DNA of 64,000 nt from an uncultured Eubacteriales bacterium (GTDB taxonomy: Bacteria > Bacillota_I > Bacilli_A > RF39 > UBA660): contig CAUUHY010000003.1 in assembly GCA_963545265.1 (NCBI GenBank), forward strand, positions 25,918 through 89,917, given 5' to 3'. Under the pieces are notes generated by a model, which had not been told where the DNA came from, made no database searches, and saw only the letters and a program-made list of their open reading frames with translations. Shown here one piece after another: positions 48,583 to 60,025 of this stretch; the stretch's first letter is position 1, and each line of letters opens with the position of its first letter. The position numbers and the translations under genes are program-made.

Positions 48583-51500
48583 ATGTTAGATAATAAAAAA
48601 ATATTTGAAGTTTTAAATATAGATAATGATAAATATATGGATGCTATAAAATTTACAAAAATTAAGCATAAAACTAAAGATAAAATTTTATTAGTTTATA
48701 TAACATCAAAGATAAGATTAGAAATAGATTTTTATCATAAATTAAAAGAAGGATTTAAATCTCTTTTTTTAGTTAATGAAGTAGAAATATTTTTAGAAGT
48801 AGATGATTATAAAGATGATTACTTTAAAGATTATTATGAAGAGTTAATAGAAGATTATAAAGATTTATCTATTTATAGATATTTAAGTAGTATTTATAAA
48901 AAAGATGGAGTTTATAAAATAGATGTAATTAATGAAGTTGAAAAAGAAAAAATAAAAGAAGTAGCAGAGCATTTAAGTGAAGAATTAAAAAAACTTGGTT
49001 ATTTATATGATATAGATGTTTATATTAATGAAGAGAAAAATAAACTTTTAGATAAAGAATTAGAAAAAGAAAGAGAAACTAGTTTAAATAGTGTTAGTTT
49101 TAGTGATAATAAACCTAGTTTTACACCATCTTCTCCTATAATGAGAACTAATTTAAGAGAGATGAAAAACGATTATGAAATAACACCTTTAAATAATTTA
49201 AGAGTAGATCCAAATGCTGACAATATATACTGTGTTAGAGGTATTGTTTTTGAAGTTGAATTTCGTGAAACTAAAAAAGAAAATGATATATATATATCTA
49301 AGATAAACGATGATACAAACTCTTTAGTAATTAAAACATTTGTTAAGAAGTCTGATAAAGAAATGCAAAGTTTTTTAGGAAAATTATTAAAAGTTGGGAA
49401 TAATATATGTGTGAGGGGAGTACTTTCACATGATCCATTTGATAACGGTGAACTTAGCTTAATGTTTAGAGAAATAAAACAAATTGAAATAGTAAAAGAA
49501 GATATAAAAGAAAAAAGAAAATCTAGAGTAGAACTACATGCTCACTCTAAACTTTCTGTTTTAGATTCTTCGATTGATCCTAAAGATTTAGTTAAAAAGG
49601 CATATAAACTTGGACATAGAGGAGTTGCTATAACAGATCACGATGGAGTTTTAGCTTTTCCGGAAGTTTTTAAAGAAGTAAAAGCAATAAATAAGACTTT
49701 AAGTGAAGATGAAAAATTTAAAGGATTATATGGGACAGAATTAGTACTTGTAGATGATTTTGTAGAAATAGTAATAAATCCTAAAAGATATATTAAAAAT
49801 CAAGAATATGTAGTGTTTGATGTTGAAACAACAGGACTTGATGCTAAAGATAAAAATCAAATGATCGAAATAGGTGCTGTTAAGATAAAAGATGGAAAAA
49901 TTATAGATAGATTTGATGAACTTATTTCTTGTTCTTATCCACTTGATGAAAAAATTGTTTCTTTAACTAATATAACTGATGAGATGTTAAAGGGTAAAAG
50001 AAGTGAAGAAGAAGTTGTTAAATCTTTCTTAGAATTTGTCTCTAGTAGTATCTTAGTTGCGCATAATGCTAGATTTGATATGTCGTTTTTAAATTATGCT
50101 ATTGAAAAATATAATTTAAATCCAGTTAAAAATGATATTTTAGATACACTTATCTTATCTAGATATTTAACACCTAATGAAAGATATCATAATTTATCTA
50201 CTGTAACTAAAAGATATGAAGTAAACTTTAGTGAAGATAATCATCATAGAGCAGATTACGATGCAGAAGCTACTGCTTTAGTACTTTTAAAAATGTTTGA
50301 TAAATTAGATGTTGAAACTATAGAAGAGTTAAAGAAGATAAAAGTTCAAGATAAAACTATTATTTTTAAAAATAAAATAGAGATGTTAAATGATACTTTT
50401 GTTGTATTTGATACCGAAACAACAGGTCTTAATGCAGTAAACGATAAACTTATTGAAATAGGTGCAGTTAAGATAAAAAACGGAGTTATTATAGATAGGT
50501 TTGATGAACTTATTGATCCAGGTATTCCAATACCACAAAAGATTACAGAAATTACTACTATTACTGATGAAATGGTAAAGGGAAAAAGAAAAGAAAAAGA
50601 AGTAATTAAAGACTTTATGGACTGGGTTAAAGATTATCCGATGGTTGCTCATAATGCTCATTTTGATGTTTCTTTTATTAAAAATAGTTTAGCTAATAAC
50701 AATTATAAAACAATAGAAAATCCAGTAATTGATACTTTGGTTTTATCAAGATTTTTGGATAATGAAGAAAAAAGACACTCATTATCTGCAATTACAAAAA
50801 GATATGAAATAGAATTTGATGAAGATAATCACCATAGAGCAGATTATGATGCAGAAGGTACAGCTTTAGTGTTTCATAAGATGTTACAAAAAATTGCCCC
50901 AAGAGATATTTTATATTTAGAAGATTTACCAAATATCGTATCAAAAGATGATATACATAAATTTGGTAGAACTTATCATATTAATTTATTAGCTCAAAAT
51001 AGAGAAGGTTTGAAGAACTTATTTAAGATAGTGTCTTTTGCTAATACAAAATACTTTTATAAAGGTGAAGCTAGAATACTTAGAAGTGTTTTAGAATCTT
51101 TAAGAGAAAATATTTTAGTATCTTCTGGATGTTATCAATCTGAAATATTTGTTGAATCTAGATATGTATCAGAAAACGAACTTGATACAATGATTGATTT
51201 TTATGATTATGTCGAGGTTCAACCTCCAGTTTGTTATTCACAGTTAATTGATTCTGGAGATTTTAACTCTATAGAAGAAATAGAAGAAAAAATTAAATAT
51301 ATTATCGAAAGAGTTAAAGCAAGAGGAAAAATAATCGTTGCAACTGGAGATGTACATACTTTAAATAAAGATGATGAAATATATAGAAAAATCTTAATTA
51401 ATCAAAAAGTACCAGGTGGTGGACGACATCCATTAAATAGAAATAATATTAAAAATATACCTAATACTTACTTTAGAACTACTGAAGAGATGTTAGAAGA

Positions 51501-53514
51501 CTTTAGCTTTTTAGATGAGAAATTAAGAGAAGAAATAGTAGTAGATAATAGTTTGAAAATATTAGATTTATGTGAAAACATCGAAGTAATTATCGATACT
51601 AAAGGAATACCTTTTTCTCCTAAGATAAAAGATAGTGATAAAGAAACTAAGAGAATAGTTTATGAAAAAGCTCATGAACTTTATGGAGAAAATTTACCAG
51701 GGTATGTAGAAAATAGAATAGAAGAAGAACTAAAAGGTATAATAGGTGGAGGATTTGATGTTATTTATTTAATAGCACAAAAACTCGTTAAGAAAAGTAA
51801 TGATGATGGTTATGTAGTTGGATCTAGAGGTAGTGTTGGATCTAGTTTTGTTGCAACTATGATGGGTATTACAGAAGTTAATCCTTTAAAAGCACATTAT
51901 CTATGTCCAAATTGTAAACATTCAATATTTGAAATAGATGGAAAAAGTATATCGGAAGATTATTCTTCAGGTTATGATTTACCAGAGAAAAAATGTCCTA
52001 AATGTGATACTTTAATGAAAGGTGAAGGTCAAGATATGCCTTTTGCTACATTCTTAGGATTTAATGCCGATAAAGTACCAGATATAGATTTAAACTTTTC
52101 AGGAGATTATCAATCTCATGCTCATGACTATACAAAAGTACTTTTTGGTGAAGATAAAGTATTTAGAGCAGGAACTGTTGGAACAGCTGCAGAAAAAACA
52201 GCATTTGGTTATGTAAAAGCATATCTTGAAGAAAAAGGTATAAGTAACTTTAGAAAAGCTGAAATAGAAAGAATCGCTAAGAAGTTAGTAGGTGTTAAAA
52301 GAACAACAGGTCAACACCCTGGAGGAATAGTCGTAGTACCTGATTATATGGATATCTTTGATTTTACTCCATATCAGTATCCAGCTAACGAAAAAGGTGA
52401 ATGGTTTACAACTCACTTTGATTATCATGCAATTGATGAATGTCTATTAAAACTAGATATACTTGGACACGATGATCCTACGATGATAAAAATGTTAGAA
52501 GACTTATCTGGTCTTGATATAAAAAAGATTAATGTAGGAGATGAAAAAATACTATCTTTATTTTCATCTACTGAAGTAATGGGTGTAACTCCAGAACAAA
52601 TCGGTTGTAAAATAGGAACGCTAGGTCTTCCAGAACTTGGAACTGACTTTGTAATAAATATGTTACTTGAAACTAAACCAAAAACATTTTCAGAACTTGT
52701 TAAAATATCAGGTTTATCTCATGGAACTGATGTATGGAATAACAATGCTCAAGATTTAGTTAAAGCTGGTATTGAATTTAAAAACATTATTGGATGTAGG
52801 GATGACATAATGGTTAATCTTATAAGTTATGGAGTAGAACCTTTAAAAGCATTTAAGATAATGGAGTTTGTTAGAAAAGGTAAACCAAGTAAAGAAAAAG
52901 AACAGTGGTTAGAATATGCAGAAGTTATGAAAGCACATAACGTACCAGAATGGTATATAGAATCTTGTCATAAAATTAAGTATATGTTTCCTAAAGCTCA
53001 TGCTTGTGCTTATGTATTAAGTGCACTTAGAATTGCGTATTTTAAAGTTTATTATCCAATATATTACTATGCAGCATACTTTTCTATTAGAGAACATGAC
53101 TTTGATGTTTATGCTATGGTAAACGGATATGATAAGATAAACGAAACTATTTCTTTATTAGAAGAAAAAGGATATTCTAGATCAAATAAAGAAGATAGTG
53201 TATTAGGTTGCTTAAAAGTAGTAAGAGAAGCAAGTAGTAGAGGTATAAAATTCTTAGTACCAAGAGTTAACGAAAGTTATGCTAAGAAGTTTAAAGTAAT
53301 AGATGATAAAACTTTATTACTTCCATTTATTGCAATGGATGGTCTAGGAGAAGTAGTAGCGGAAAATATCGTTAAAGAAAGAAATGTAAAAGAATATAGT
53401 AATATTGAAGAATTTGAAAAAAGAGGTAAAATATCAAATACTCTTATTAAAGAAATGAGACTTTTAAATATGTTTGATGGAATGGATGAGTCTAGTCAAC
53501 TTAGTTTATTTTAG
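48583..53514 (+). CDS. polC: DNA polymerase III PolC-type, with tandemly duplicated 3'-5' exonuclease domain
   Basis: PHP (HAHSKLSVLDS..ITDHDGV), two DEDDh exo modules (FDVETTGL...HNARFD...HHRADYDA and FDTETTGL...HNAHFD...HHRADYDA), zinc module CPNC...CPKC, polymerase core; 1643 aa versus about 1440 typical. Confidence 0.95.
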   Translation: MLDNKKIFEVLNIDNDKYMDAIKFTKIKHKTKDKILLVYITSKIRLEIDFYHKLKEGFKSLFLVNEVEIFLEVDDYKDDYFKDYYEELIEDYKDLSIYRYLSSIYKKDGVYKIDVINEVEKEKIKEVAEHLSEELKKLGYLYDIDVYINEEKNKLLDKELEKERETSLNSVSFSDNKPSFTPSSPIMRTNLREMKNDYEITPLNNLRVDPNADNIYCVRGIVFEVEFRETKKENDIYISKINDDTNSLVIKTFVKKSDKEMQSFLGKLLKVGNNICVRGVLSHDPFDNGELSLMFREIKQIEIVKEDIKEKRKSRVELHAHSKLSVLDSSIDPKDLVKKAYKLGHRGVAITDHDGVLAFPEVFKEVKAINKTLSEDEKFKGLYGTELVLVDDFVEIVINPKRYIKNQEYVVFDVETTGLDAKDKNQMIEIGAVKIKDGKIIDRFDELISCSYPLDEKIVSLTNITDEMLKGKRSEEEVVKSFLEFVSSSILVAHNARFDMSFLNYAIEKYNLNPVKNDILDTLILSRYLTPNERYHNLSTVTKRYEVNFSEDNHHRADYDAEATALVLLKMFDKLDVETIEELKKIKVQDKTIIFKNKIEMLNDTFVVFDTETTGLNAVNDKLIEIGAVKIKNGVIIDRFDELIDPGIPIPQKITEITTITDEMVKGKRKEKEVIKDFMDWVKDYPMVAHNAHFDVSFIKNSLANNNYKTIENPVIDTLVLSRFLDNEEKRHSLSAITKRYEIEFDEDNHHRADYDAEGTALVFHKMLQKIAPRDILYLEDLPNIVSKDDIHKFGRTYHINLLAQNREGLKNLFKIVSFANTKYFYKGEARILRSVLESLRENILVSSGCYQSEIFVESRYVSENELDTMIDFYDYVEVQPPVCYSQLIDSGDFNSIEEIEEKIKYIIERVKARGKIIVATGDVHTLNKDDEIYRKILINQKVPGGGRHPLNRNNIKNIPNTYFRTTEEMLEDFSFLDEKLREEIVVDNSLKILDLCENIEVIIDTKGIPFSPKIKDSDKETKRIVYEKAHELYGENLPGYVENRIEEELKGIIGGGFDVIYLIAQKLVKKSNDDGYVVGSRGSVGSSFVATMMGITEVNPLKAHYLCPNCKHSIFEIDGKSISEDYSSGYDLPEKKCPKCDTLMKGEGQDMPFATFLGFNADKVPDIDLNFSGDYQSHAHDYTKVLFGEDKVFRAGTVGTAAEKTAFGYVKAYLEEKGISNFRKAEIERIAKKLVGVKRTTGQHPGGIVVVPDYMDIFDFTPYQYPANEKGEWFTTHFDYHAIDECLLKLDILGHDDPTMIKMLEDLSGLDIKKINVGDEKILSLFSSTEVMGVTPEQIGCKIGTLGLPELGTDFVINMLLETKPKTFSELVKISGLSHGTDVWNNNAQDLVKAGIEFKNIIGCRDDIMVNLISYGVEPLKAFKIMEFVRKGKPSKEKEQWLEYAEVMKAHNVPEWYIESCHKIKYMFPKAHACAYVLSALRIAYFKVYYPIYYYAAYFSIREHDFDVYAMVNGYDKINETISLLEEKGYSRSNKEDSVLGCLKVVREASSRGIKFLVPRVNESYAKKFKVIDDKTLLLPFIAMDGLGEVVAENIVKERNVKEYSNIEEFEKRGKISNTLIKEMRLLNMFDGMDESSQLSLF

Positions 53515-53522
53515 GGTGAGGC

Positions 53523-55247
53523 ATGGATAATATAATAGAAGAAGTAAGAAAGAAAACAGATATAGTAGATTTAATATCAGAATATATACCACTAATAAAA
53601 AAAGGTAAGAATTATTTTGGTGTTTGTCCTTTTCATGATGACTCTAATCCATCTATGTCAGTATCTAGAGAAAAACAAATATATAAATGTTTCTCTTGTG
53701 GAGCAAGTGGTAATATTTATAACTTTTTAATGGATTATGAACATATTGATTTTAAAGATGCTTTATCTAAATTATCTTCTAAACTTGGAATAAATGTAGA
53801 AACTACTAGTATTAAAGTAAATGATAAGTTTGATAAATTTTATGAAATATATGATTTAACTAGTAAAGTTTATCAAAATAACTTATTATCTGAAAAAGGT
53901 AGTAGTGCAAGAAACTATTTGAAATCTAGAAATATAGGTATAGAAGAGATAAAAAAATTTAATATAGGTTTATCTTTTTCTAATAATCAAATAGTTAAAC
54001 AATTAGAAAAAAAATATAATTTAATAGATTTAGAAGATATTGGACTTATATCAGGAAATCATGATATATTTCAAAATCGTATTATGTTTCCTTTAATGAA
54101 TTTAGAAAATAATACAGTGGCGTTTTCTGGAAGAATTTATGATAGTCTTAGTAAAGATTCTAAATATATAAATACTAAAGAGACGAATATCTTTAAAAAA
54201 GGTGAAATATTATATAACTATTATAAATCTAAAGAAGAAGTAAGAGTTAAGAAGTATCTAATCTTAGTTGAAGGTTTTATGGATGTTATAAGACTTGCTA
54301 CAGTAGGTATTAATAACGTAGTAGCAACTATGGGTACTTCTCTTACGATAAATCAAATAAAATTATTAAAGAGATTATCAAATAATATATATTTATGTTT
54401 TGATGGAGATAATCCTGGTAAACTTGCAAATATTAATAATGGTGAAGAATTAATTAAAGCAGGTGTTGATATAAAAGTAATATCTTTAGATAATAATGAA
54501 GATCCTGATTCTTTTGTTTTAAAAAATGGTAAAGAAGAGTTTGAAAAATTAATTTTAGAAGCTAAAAGTTATCAAGAATATTACATGGATTATCAAAAAA
54601 ATACTATTTCAACTACAGATATTAAAGAAGTAACAGAATATATTAATAAAGTATTAGAAAAACTTAAATATAATAATAACGAAATAGAAAAAGAGTTAGT
54701 TTTAAAAAAACTTGCAAAAGACTTTGATATATCGTATAATACCCTAGAAAATCGCTTAAAAGATTATAGTTTAGAAAAAAGTACTAACTTGGAGATTAAA
54801 GTAGAGAAAAAAGAAGAAACTAAAGCGGTAGTTAATAAATATTATGTTGCTAGTAGAGACTTAATAATGGGTATGTTATACGATAATAAAGTAATAGATA
54901 TTTATAAAAACTATAATATACAGATGATAAACGATAAGTTTGATGCGGTTTTAAATGAAATATTATATAGATATGATGTTTATGGAAGTGTAGAAGTTGC
55001 TGAAATATTTGATGAACTTATATCAAATGATGAATTAAGAGAGTTTTTTAAAACATTAATTACTAATGAAGAAGTATATAGTTATGATTACTATAAAGAT
55101 TGTATTAAGAGTATTAATGAATGTGTAACTATTCAAAAAATCAAATATTTGCAAAAGATGATTGAAGAAGAAAAAGATGTTAATAAGCAAATAGAATATC
55201 TAAATACTATGGGGATACTAAAAAATAATTTAGAGAAGGGGATTTAA
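53523..55247 (+). CDS. dnaG: DNA primase
   Basis: CHC2 zinc finger [13 protein letters not shown]...CFSCG; Toprim EGFMDV...DGDNPG. Confidence 0.9.
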   Translation: MDNIIEEVRKKTDIVDLISEYIPLIKKGKNYFGVCPFHDDSNPSMSVSREKQIYKCFSCGASGNIYNFLMDYEHIDFKDALSKLSSKLGINVETTSIKVNDKFDKFYEIYDLTSKVYQNNLLSEKGSSARNYLKSRNIGIEEIKKFNIGLSFSNNQIVKQLEKKYNLIDLEDIGLISGNHDIFQNRIMFPLMNLENNTVAFSGRIYDSLSKDSKYINTKETNIFKKGEILYNYYKSKEEVRVKKYLILVEGFMDVIRLATVGINNVVATMGTSLTINQIKLLKRLSNNIYLCFDGDNPGKLANINNGEELIKAGVDIKVISLDNNEDPDSFVLKNGKEEFEKLILEAKSYQEYYMDYQKNTISTTDIKEVTEYINKVLEKLKYNNNEIEKELVLKKLAKDFDISYNTLENRLKDYSLEKSTNLEIKVEKKEETKAVVNKYYVASRDLIMGMLYDNKVIDIYKNYNIQMINDKFDAVLNEILYRYDVYGSVEVAEIFDELISNDELREFFKTLITNEEVYSYDYYKDCIKSINECVTIQKIKYLQKMIEEEKDVNKQIEYLNTMGILKNNLEKGI

Positions 55248-55248
55248 C

Positions 55249-56328
55249 ATGTCTAAAGAATTAAAAACTTTTAAAGATAAAGAAGAATATTTAATAAAAA
55301 AAGGAAAAGAAGAGGGATTTATTACATATGAAGAAATAGCTAAGACTTTAAAAGGTTTAGATGTAGATTCTGATAATTTAGATGAACTATACAATAAATT
55401 AATTGCTAATAATATAGAAGTAATTTCTGAAGAAGAAAATAATGATGATACAGAAACAGAACTATTTACTGAAGATTTAGAAAGTACTAAAGATGTAAAA
55501 ATAAATGATTCAGTAAAAATGTATTTAAAAGAAATTGGTAAGATAAAACTTTTATCTGCTGATGAAGAATTTGAATATGCTAAAAGAGCAGTAGAAGGGG
55601 ATGAAGAAGCTAAGAAAAAACTTAGTGAATCTAACTTAAGATTAGTTGTATCTATTGCAAAAAGATACTTAGGAAGAGGTTTAAGATTCTTAGATCTTAT
55701 TCAAGAAGGAAATATTGGTTTAATGAAAGCAGTAGATAAGTTTGATCCAGATAAAGGGTTTAAATTTTCTACATATGCTACATGGTGGATTAGACAAGCT
55801 ATTACAAGAGCTATAGCTGATCAAGCAAGAACTATAAGAATACCAGTTCATATGGTTGAAACTATGAATAAGTTAAAAAGAGAAGAAAGACAACTACAAC
55901 AAGAATTAAATAGAGAACCAACTGATGAAGAACTTGCTGAAAGAATGGGAATGCCAGTAGATAAAATAAGAGAAGTACATAAGATAGGACAAGATCCAGT
56001 ATCTCTTGAAACACCAATTGGTGAAGAAAATGATTCTCATTTAGGAGACTTTATTAAAGATGAAAGTTCTATGTCTCCAGAAAAATATGCTATTAGTGAA
56101 ATGTTAAAAAGTGAATTAAATGATGTTTTAAAAACACTTACTGAAAGAGAAGAAAAAGTATTAAGACTTAGATTTGGAATAGATGATGGACAAAGTTTAA
56201 CTTTAGAAGAAGTAGGTAAGATATTTGGAGTTACTAGAGAAAGAATTAGACAAATAGAATCTAAAGCTTTAAGAAAATTAAAACATCCATCTCGTAGTAA
56301 AAAATTAAAAGATTTTTTAATAAATTAA
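55249..56328 (+). CDS. sigA: RNA polymerase primary sigma factor
   Basis: Regions 1.2-4.2: [70 protein letters not shown]. Confidence 0.95.
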   Translation: MSKELKTFKDKEEYLIKKGKEEGFITYEEIAKTLKGLDVDSDNLDELYNKLIANNIEVISEEENNDDTETELFTEDLESTKDVKINDSVKMYLKEIGKIKLLSADEEFEYAKRAVEGDEEAKKKLSESNLRLVVSIAKRYLGRGLRFLDLIQEGNIGLMKAVDKFDPDKGFKFSTYATWWIRQAITRAIADQARTIRIPVHMVETMNKLKREERQLQQELNREPTDEELAERMGMPVDKIREVHKIGQDPVSLETPIGEENDSHLGDFIKDESSMSPEKYAISEMLKSELNDVLKTLTEREEKVLRLRFGIDDGQSLTLEEVGKIFGVTRERIRQIESKALRKLKHPSRSKKLKDFLIN

Positions 56329-56355
56329 TAACAAGTATAAACTTGTTATTTTTTA
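56328..56355 (+). terminator. rho-independent terminator
   Basis: ataacaagt-ataa-acttgttat followed by tttttt. Confidence 0.7.
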
Positions 56356-56434
56356 GTTTAAGGTGTATATCACAAAAACAAATGACTTTATATTTTAAAT
56401 AGCTAAATTTGTTATTTGTATTTTAGGGGAAAAT

Positions 56435-56785
56435 ATGAGAAATTTAATAAAAATATTTTTAAGTGTTACTGTAATTATAATTTTAATTATATTTAGTGAT
56501 AAAGTAAATGCTTTAGAAGTTATATCAAAAGAAATCTTTGAATATACTATAGAACAAACTGCTCCAGAAGATTTAGATTTATCTTTTAAAAATGGAACAA
56601 TTTATAGTGATAAATATTTAAAAGAAATTGAAGAATTTAATGAAAGACATAAAAAATCAAATGATGAAAATAATAATAATTATCAAATTAATAAAAAAGA
56701 AATTTATTATGGTATTACTGATATAAATCAGATATACTACACAGTAGCAATGATTTTTTATTTAAGTACAATAACAAGAAAATAA
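56435..56785 (+). CDS. secreted hypothetical protein (116 aa)
   Basis: RBS taggggaaaatatg; signal-like N-terminus. Confidence 0.35.
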   Translation: MRNLIKIFLSVTVIIILIIFSDKVNALEVISKEIFEYTIEQTAPEDLDLSFKNGTIYSDKYLKEIEEFNERHKKSNDENNNNYQINKKEIYYGITDINQIYYTVAMIFYLSTITRK

Positions 56786-56805
56786 ATATTATTATTTATT
56801 TTCTT
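56775..56805 (+). other. inverted repeat / weak terminator
   Basis: acaagaaaataaat-att-atttattttcttgt; no clean T-run. Confidence 0.3.
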
Positions 56806-56837
56806 GTAAAAAATTAATTTAATTATATAATAAACTT

Positions 56838-57446
56838 ATGTTATCAAAAAGATTAAAATTTATTGCTGATAAAGTAAAAGCAAAAGAAAATGTAATGGAT
56901 GTAGCATGTGATCATGGATTACTTGCAATTTATTTAGAAAAAGAAAAAAATTGTAGAGTAATAGCTAGTGATATAAAGAAAACTGCAATAGAAGGAGCTT
57001 TAGAAAATAAGAAAAGGTATAATTCTAATGTAGAATTTCTTGTTTCTGATGGACTTAGTAAGTTAAATGAAGATATAACTACAGTTATAATAGCAGGACT
57101 TGGAAGTCAAACAGCAATAGAAATATTAGATACTGATTTAAAAAATGTTAATACATTAATTGTTTCCGTCCAAAAAGATTTAGAAGACTTTAGAAGATTT
57201 ATTCATACTAAAGGATTTATTATAGAAGAATCTTTAGTATTTGATAAGAAATATTACAATGTGTTTTATTTAACTAAAGGAATAGAAAGATATTCTGATA
57301 TAGAATATAAGTATGGAAAAGATTTAATTGATAATAAAGATAATCTTGAATATTTTCAAGATTTAAAAACAAGATACGAAAATAAAGATGATAAAGACTT
57401 AGATTATATAATAGCTAGATTAAAGGGGTTAAGTAAAAATACTTGA
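56838..57446 (+). CDS. trmK: tRNA (adenine22-N1)-methyltransferase TrmK (YqfN family)
   Basis: LSKRL...MDVACDHGLLAIYL...VIIAGLGS colinear with B. subtilis TrmK; position downstream of sigA as in Bacillus. Confidence 0.7.
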   Translation: MLSKRLKFIADKVKAKENVMDVACDHGLLAIYLEKEKNCRVIASDIKKTAIEGALENKKRYNSNVEFLVSDGLSKLNEDITTVIIAGLGSQTAIEILDTDLKNVNTLIVSVQKDLEDFRRFIHTKGFIIEESLVFDKKYYNVFYLTKGIERYSDIEYKYGKDLIDNKDNLEYFQDLKTRYENKDDKDLDYIIARLKGLSKNT

Positions 57447-57471
57447 CTATAAAAAAATAAAATTATATAAT
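57443..57471 (+). promoter_or_regulatory. consensus sigma-A promoter for rpsP
   Basis: TTGACT (57443-57448), 17-nt spacer, TATAAT (57466-57471); RBS aaggagg follows. Confidence 0.6.
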
Positions 57472-57493
57472 TTATGTATCTAAGGAGGAGAAA

Positions 57494-57778
57494 ATGGCAG
57501 TTAAAATTAGATTAACTAGAATGGGTGCTAAAAAAAGACCTATATATAGAATAGTAGCTAGTGATTCTAGAAGACCAAGAGATGGTCAATACCTAGAATT
57601 AATTGGAACATATAATCCTGGATTTGATAATAAAGAAAAAGAATTATCAGTAAATAAAGAAGTAGCATTAAAATGGTTAAATAGAGGTGCTATACCAACT
57701 GATACAGCTAGAAATTTATTATCAGAAACTGGAGTTATGAAAGAATTTGCTGAATCAAAACAAAAAGGAAACAAGTAA
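57494..57778 (+). CDS. rpsP: 30S ribosomal protein S16
   Basis: [31 protein letters not shown]. Confidence 0.95.
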   Translation: MAVKIRLTRMGAKKRPIYRIVASDSRRPRDGQYLELIGTYNPGFDNKEKELSVNKEVALKWLNRGAIPTDTARNLLSETGVMKEFAESKQKGNK

Positions 57779-57779
57779 T

Positions 57780-58013
57780 ATGTTAGTAAAAATAACTGAA
57801 GATTTAGTTAAATTAGTTATAAAAAAGATAGATGAATTAGAAGTTAAAGAATTAAATTCCAATGATGAAAATGAAGTTTTTATTAAAGTTATGGTAAATA
57901 GTGAAGATTATGATAATGTAATAAGTGTTATATCTTCAATTAAAACTTTAGTACAAGCTGCAAGTCATATAGAAAACAATAAGAAGATAAAGATTGAAGT
58001 AGATAAATTCTAG
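57780..58013 (+). CDS. YlqC-position small protein, KH-like but lacking the GxxG loop
   Basis: Position downstream of rpsP; ATG at 57780 preferred over the in-frame upstream start; no GRVIGKxGR motif. Confidence 0.4.
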   Translation: MLVKITEDLVKLVIKKIDELEVKELNSNDENEVFIKVMVNSEDYDNVISVISSIKTLVQAASHIENNKKIKIEVDKF

Positions 58014-58069
58014 TTTAATCTTTTTTTCTTTATTTCTTTAAGGTATAATTTTAAATAGGAGATAGTAAT

Positions 58070-58849
58070 ATGAAAACAAGAATAATAAGTGCTTTAGTAA
58101 TGACACTCTTATTTGTGCCACTACTTTTTATAGGAGGAGAATATTTTAAAATAGTAGTTAGTTTGCTTGGAATATTTGCAACAAGAGAACTTCTTAATTC
58201 TAAAGGAAAAAATATGTTAAACATATTTAAAGTAATAGCATATATTTTTACGTTTATAATTATATATTTTACAAACGGTTTATTAGATTATAGATTTATA
58301 ATGTTATTTTTATTAATTATGTTAGTAATTCCTTTATTTAGTAAAGAAAAAGAGTTTAATGTAGAAGATGCATTTTTTTTAATATCTGCAGTTCTTTTAA
58401 CATCGCTACCTTTGAGATATTTCTTAAATATAAGATCTGAAAGACTTGGACTTGCAATCTATCTTGTACTTATTCCTATAATTACAGATTCTTTTGCATA
58501 TATAACAGGAAGTTTAGTTGGAAAACATAAGTTAATTGAAAGAATATCACCTAAGAAAACAGTAGAAGGTGCAATAGGTGGTTTTGTAGCTGCTAGTATA
58601 TTTTGTACTATGTTTTATGTGGTAGTTATTAATACTCGTGCAAATATGGTTGTTATTTTGTTAGCAACAATGTTTTTATCAATTGTTTCTCAACTTGGGG
58701 ATTTAGTGTTCTCATCTATTAAAAGATATTTTAATATTAAAGATTTTTCTAAATTAATACCAGGGCATGGAGGAATATTAGATAGAATAGATTCATTAAT
58801 ATTTGTAATTATTGGATATAGTATACTTATATTTGGAGGACTTATATGA
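58070..58849 (+). CDS. cdsA: phosphatidate cytidylyltransferase
   Basis: [25 protein letters not shown] motifs; polytopic. Confidence 0.85.
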   Translation: MKTRIISALVMTLLFVPLLFIGGEYFKIVVSLLGIFATRELLNSKGKNMLNIFKVIAYIFTFIIIYFTNGLLDYRFIMLFLLIMLVIPLFSKEKEFNVEDAFFLISAVLLTSLPLRYFLNIRSERLGLAIYLVLIPIITDSFAYITGSLVGKHKLIERISPKKTVEGAIGGFVAASIFCTMFYVVVINTRANMVVILLATMFLSIVSQLGDLVFSSIKRYFNIKDFSKLIPGHGGILDRIDSLIFVIIGYSILIFGGLI

Positions 58850-59901
58850 ATTTAATATATTTTCTACTTATTTTAGGAGTTATTGTACTAGTTCATGAAT
58901 TTGGTCATTTTATAATGGCTAAGATTTTTAAAGTATATGTATTTGAATTTGCGATAGGTATGGGACCTAAAATATTTGAAATAAAAGGTAAAGAAACAGT
59001 TTATAGTATTAGACTTTTACCACTTGGAGGATTTGTTTCTTTAGCGGGAGAAGAAGATCAATTAGAAAAATCTAAAGATATACCAGAAGATAGACTTTTA
59101 AATAACAAAAAAATATATCAAAGATTCTTAATAATGGTATTTGGAGTAGTAAATAACTTCATCTTAGCATTTTTAATATTCTTTATGATATTTTTATTTA
59201 ATGGAAGTCCTAGTCAAAGTACTAAAATAGTAGATGTAGAAAAAGATACACCAGCATACTATTCTGGACTTATGAAAAATGATACTATTGTTGGAATAAA
59301 CTATGATAAAGTAACTACTCAAGACGATATAAATCTAATTATGTTTTTAAATCCAAATGAAAAATTAACTTTTGTAGTTAGAAGAAATGAAAAGATAGAG
59401 TTTATTACTGTTACACCAGAGAAAATAAAAGAAAAAATAGATGGTAAAGAAATAGAAAGATATAGATATGGTATATCTTTAAATACAAAAAAAGAAACAG
59501 GATTTGTTAATGCTATTAAAAATTCATATTTGAAAATTAAATCTAATGTAAAAAGTATAATAAAGGTTTTTCAAATGTTATTTAAAGGTAAACTTGGAAT
59601 AAATGCATTTTCTGGTCCGGTTGGAATATATAATGTAGTAAAAGATCAAAATAAAACAAATGGATTAATTGGTCTTGTATTCTTAACTGCAGTACTAAGT
59701 ATTAATGTAGGATTTTTAAATTTACTACCATTTCCAATATTTGATGGTGGTAAAATATTTTTCTTAATTATAGAAAAATTATTTAATAAGAAAGTTAATC
59801 CTAAAATTGAATTAACTTTAAGTTTAATATTTGCAGTAATTCTTATAATATTTACTATTTATATAACGGGAATAGATATATGGAAAATGATAAAAAAATA
59901 G
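58846..59901 (+). CDS. rseP: RIP site-2 metalloprotease RseP/RasP
   Basis: HEFGHFIMA (HExxH), PDZ segment, [11 protein letters not shown] (LDG motif); ATGA overlap with cdsA. Confidence 0.85.
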   Translation: MNLIYFLLILGVIVLVHEFGHFIMAKIFKVYVFEFAIGMGPKIFEIKGKETVYSIRLLPLGGFVSLAGEEDQLEKSKDIPEDRLLNNKKIYQRFLIMVFGVVNNFILAFLIFFMIFLFNGSPSQSTKIVDVEKDTPAYYSGLMKNDTIVGINYDKVTTQDDINLIMFLNPNEKLTFVVRRNEKIEFITVTPEKIKEKIDGKEIERYRYGISLNTKKETGFVNAIKNSYLKIKSNVKSIIKVFQMLFKGKLGINAFSGPVGIYNVVKDQNKTNGLIGLVFLTAVLSINVGFLNLLPFPIFDGGKIFFLIIEKLFNKKVNPKIELTLSLIFAVILIIFTIYITGIDIWKMIKK

Positions 59902-60025
59902 AAAAATTTGTAAACTATAATGAGTATTGTGAAGAAAATGAAGAAAAAATTAGCAAATTAGATATAAATAATATTATTTTTTTGATTATTATGTTAATAT
60001 TTTTATTGTTAATTTATTTAAATGT

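Noticed and set aside
56775-56805. Terminator after gene 56435-56785
   Set aside because: An inverted repeat is present, but it is followed by an A-run rather than a U-tract on the + strand. Kept only as a weak or possible element.
57747-57779. Start of the KH-like gene at 57747, overlapping rpsP
   Set aside because: It overlaps the rpsP coding sequence in another frame. An ATG at 57780, directly after the rpsP stop, gives a product of the expected size.
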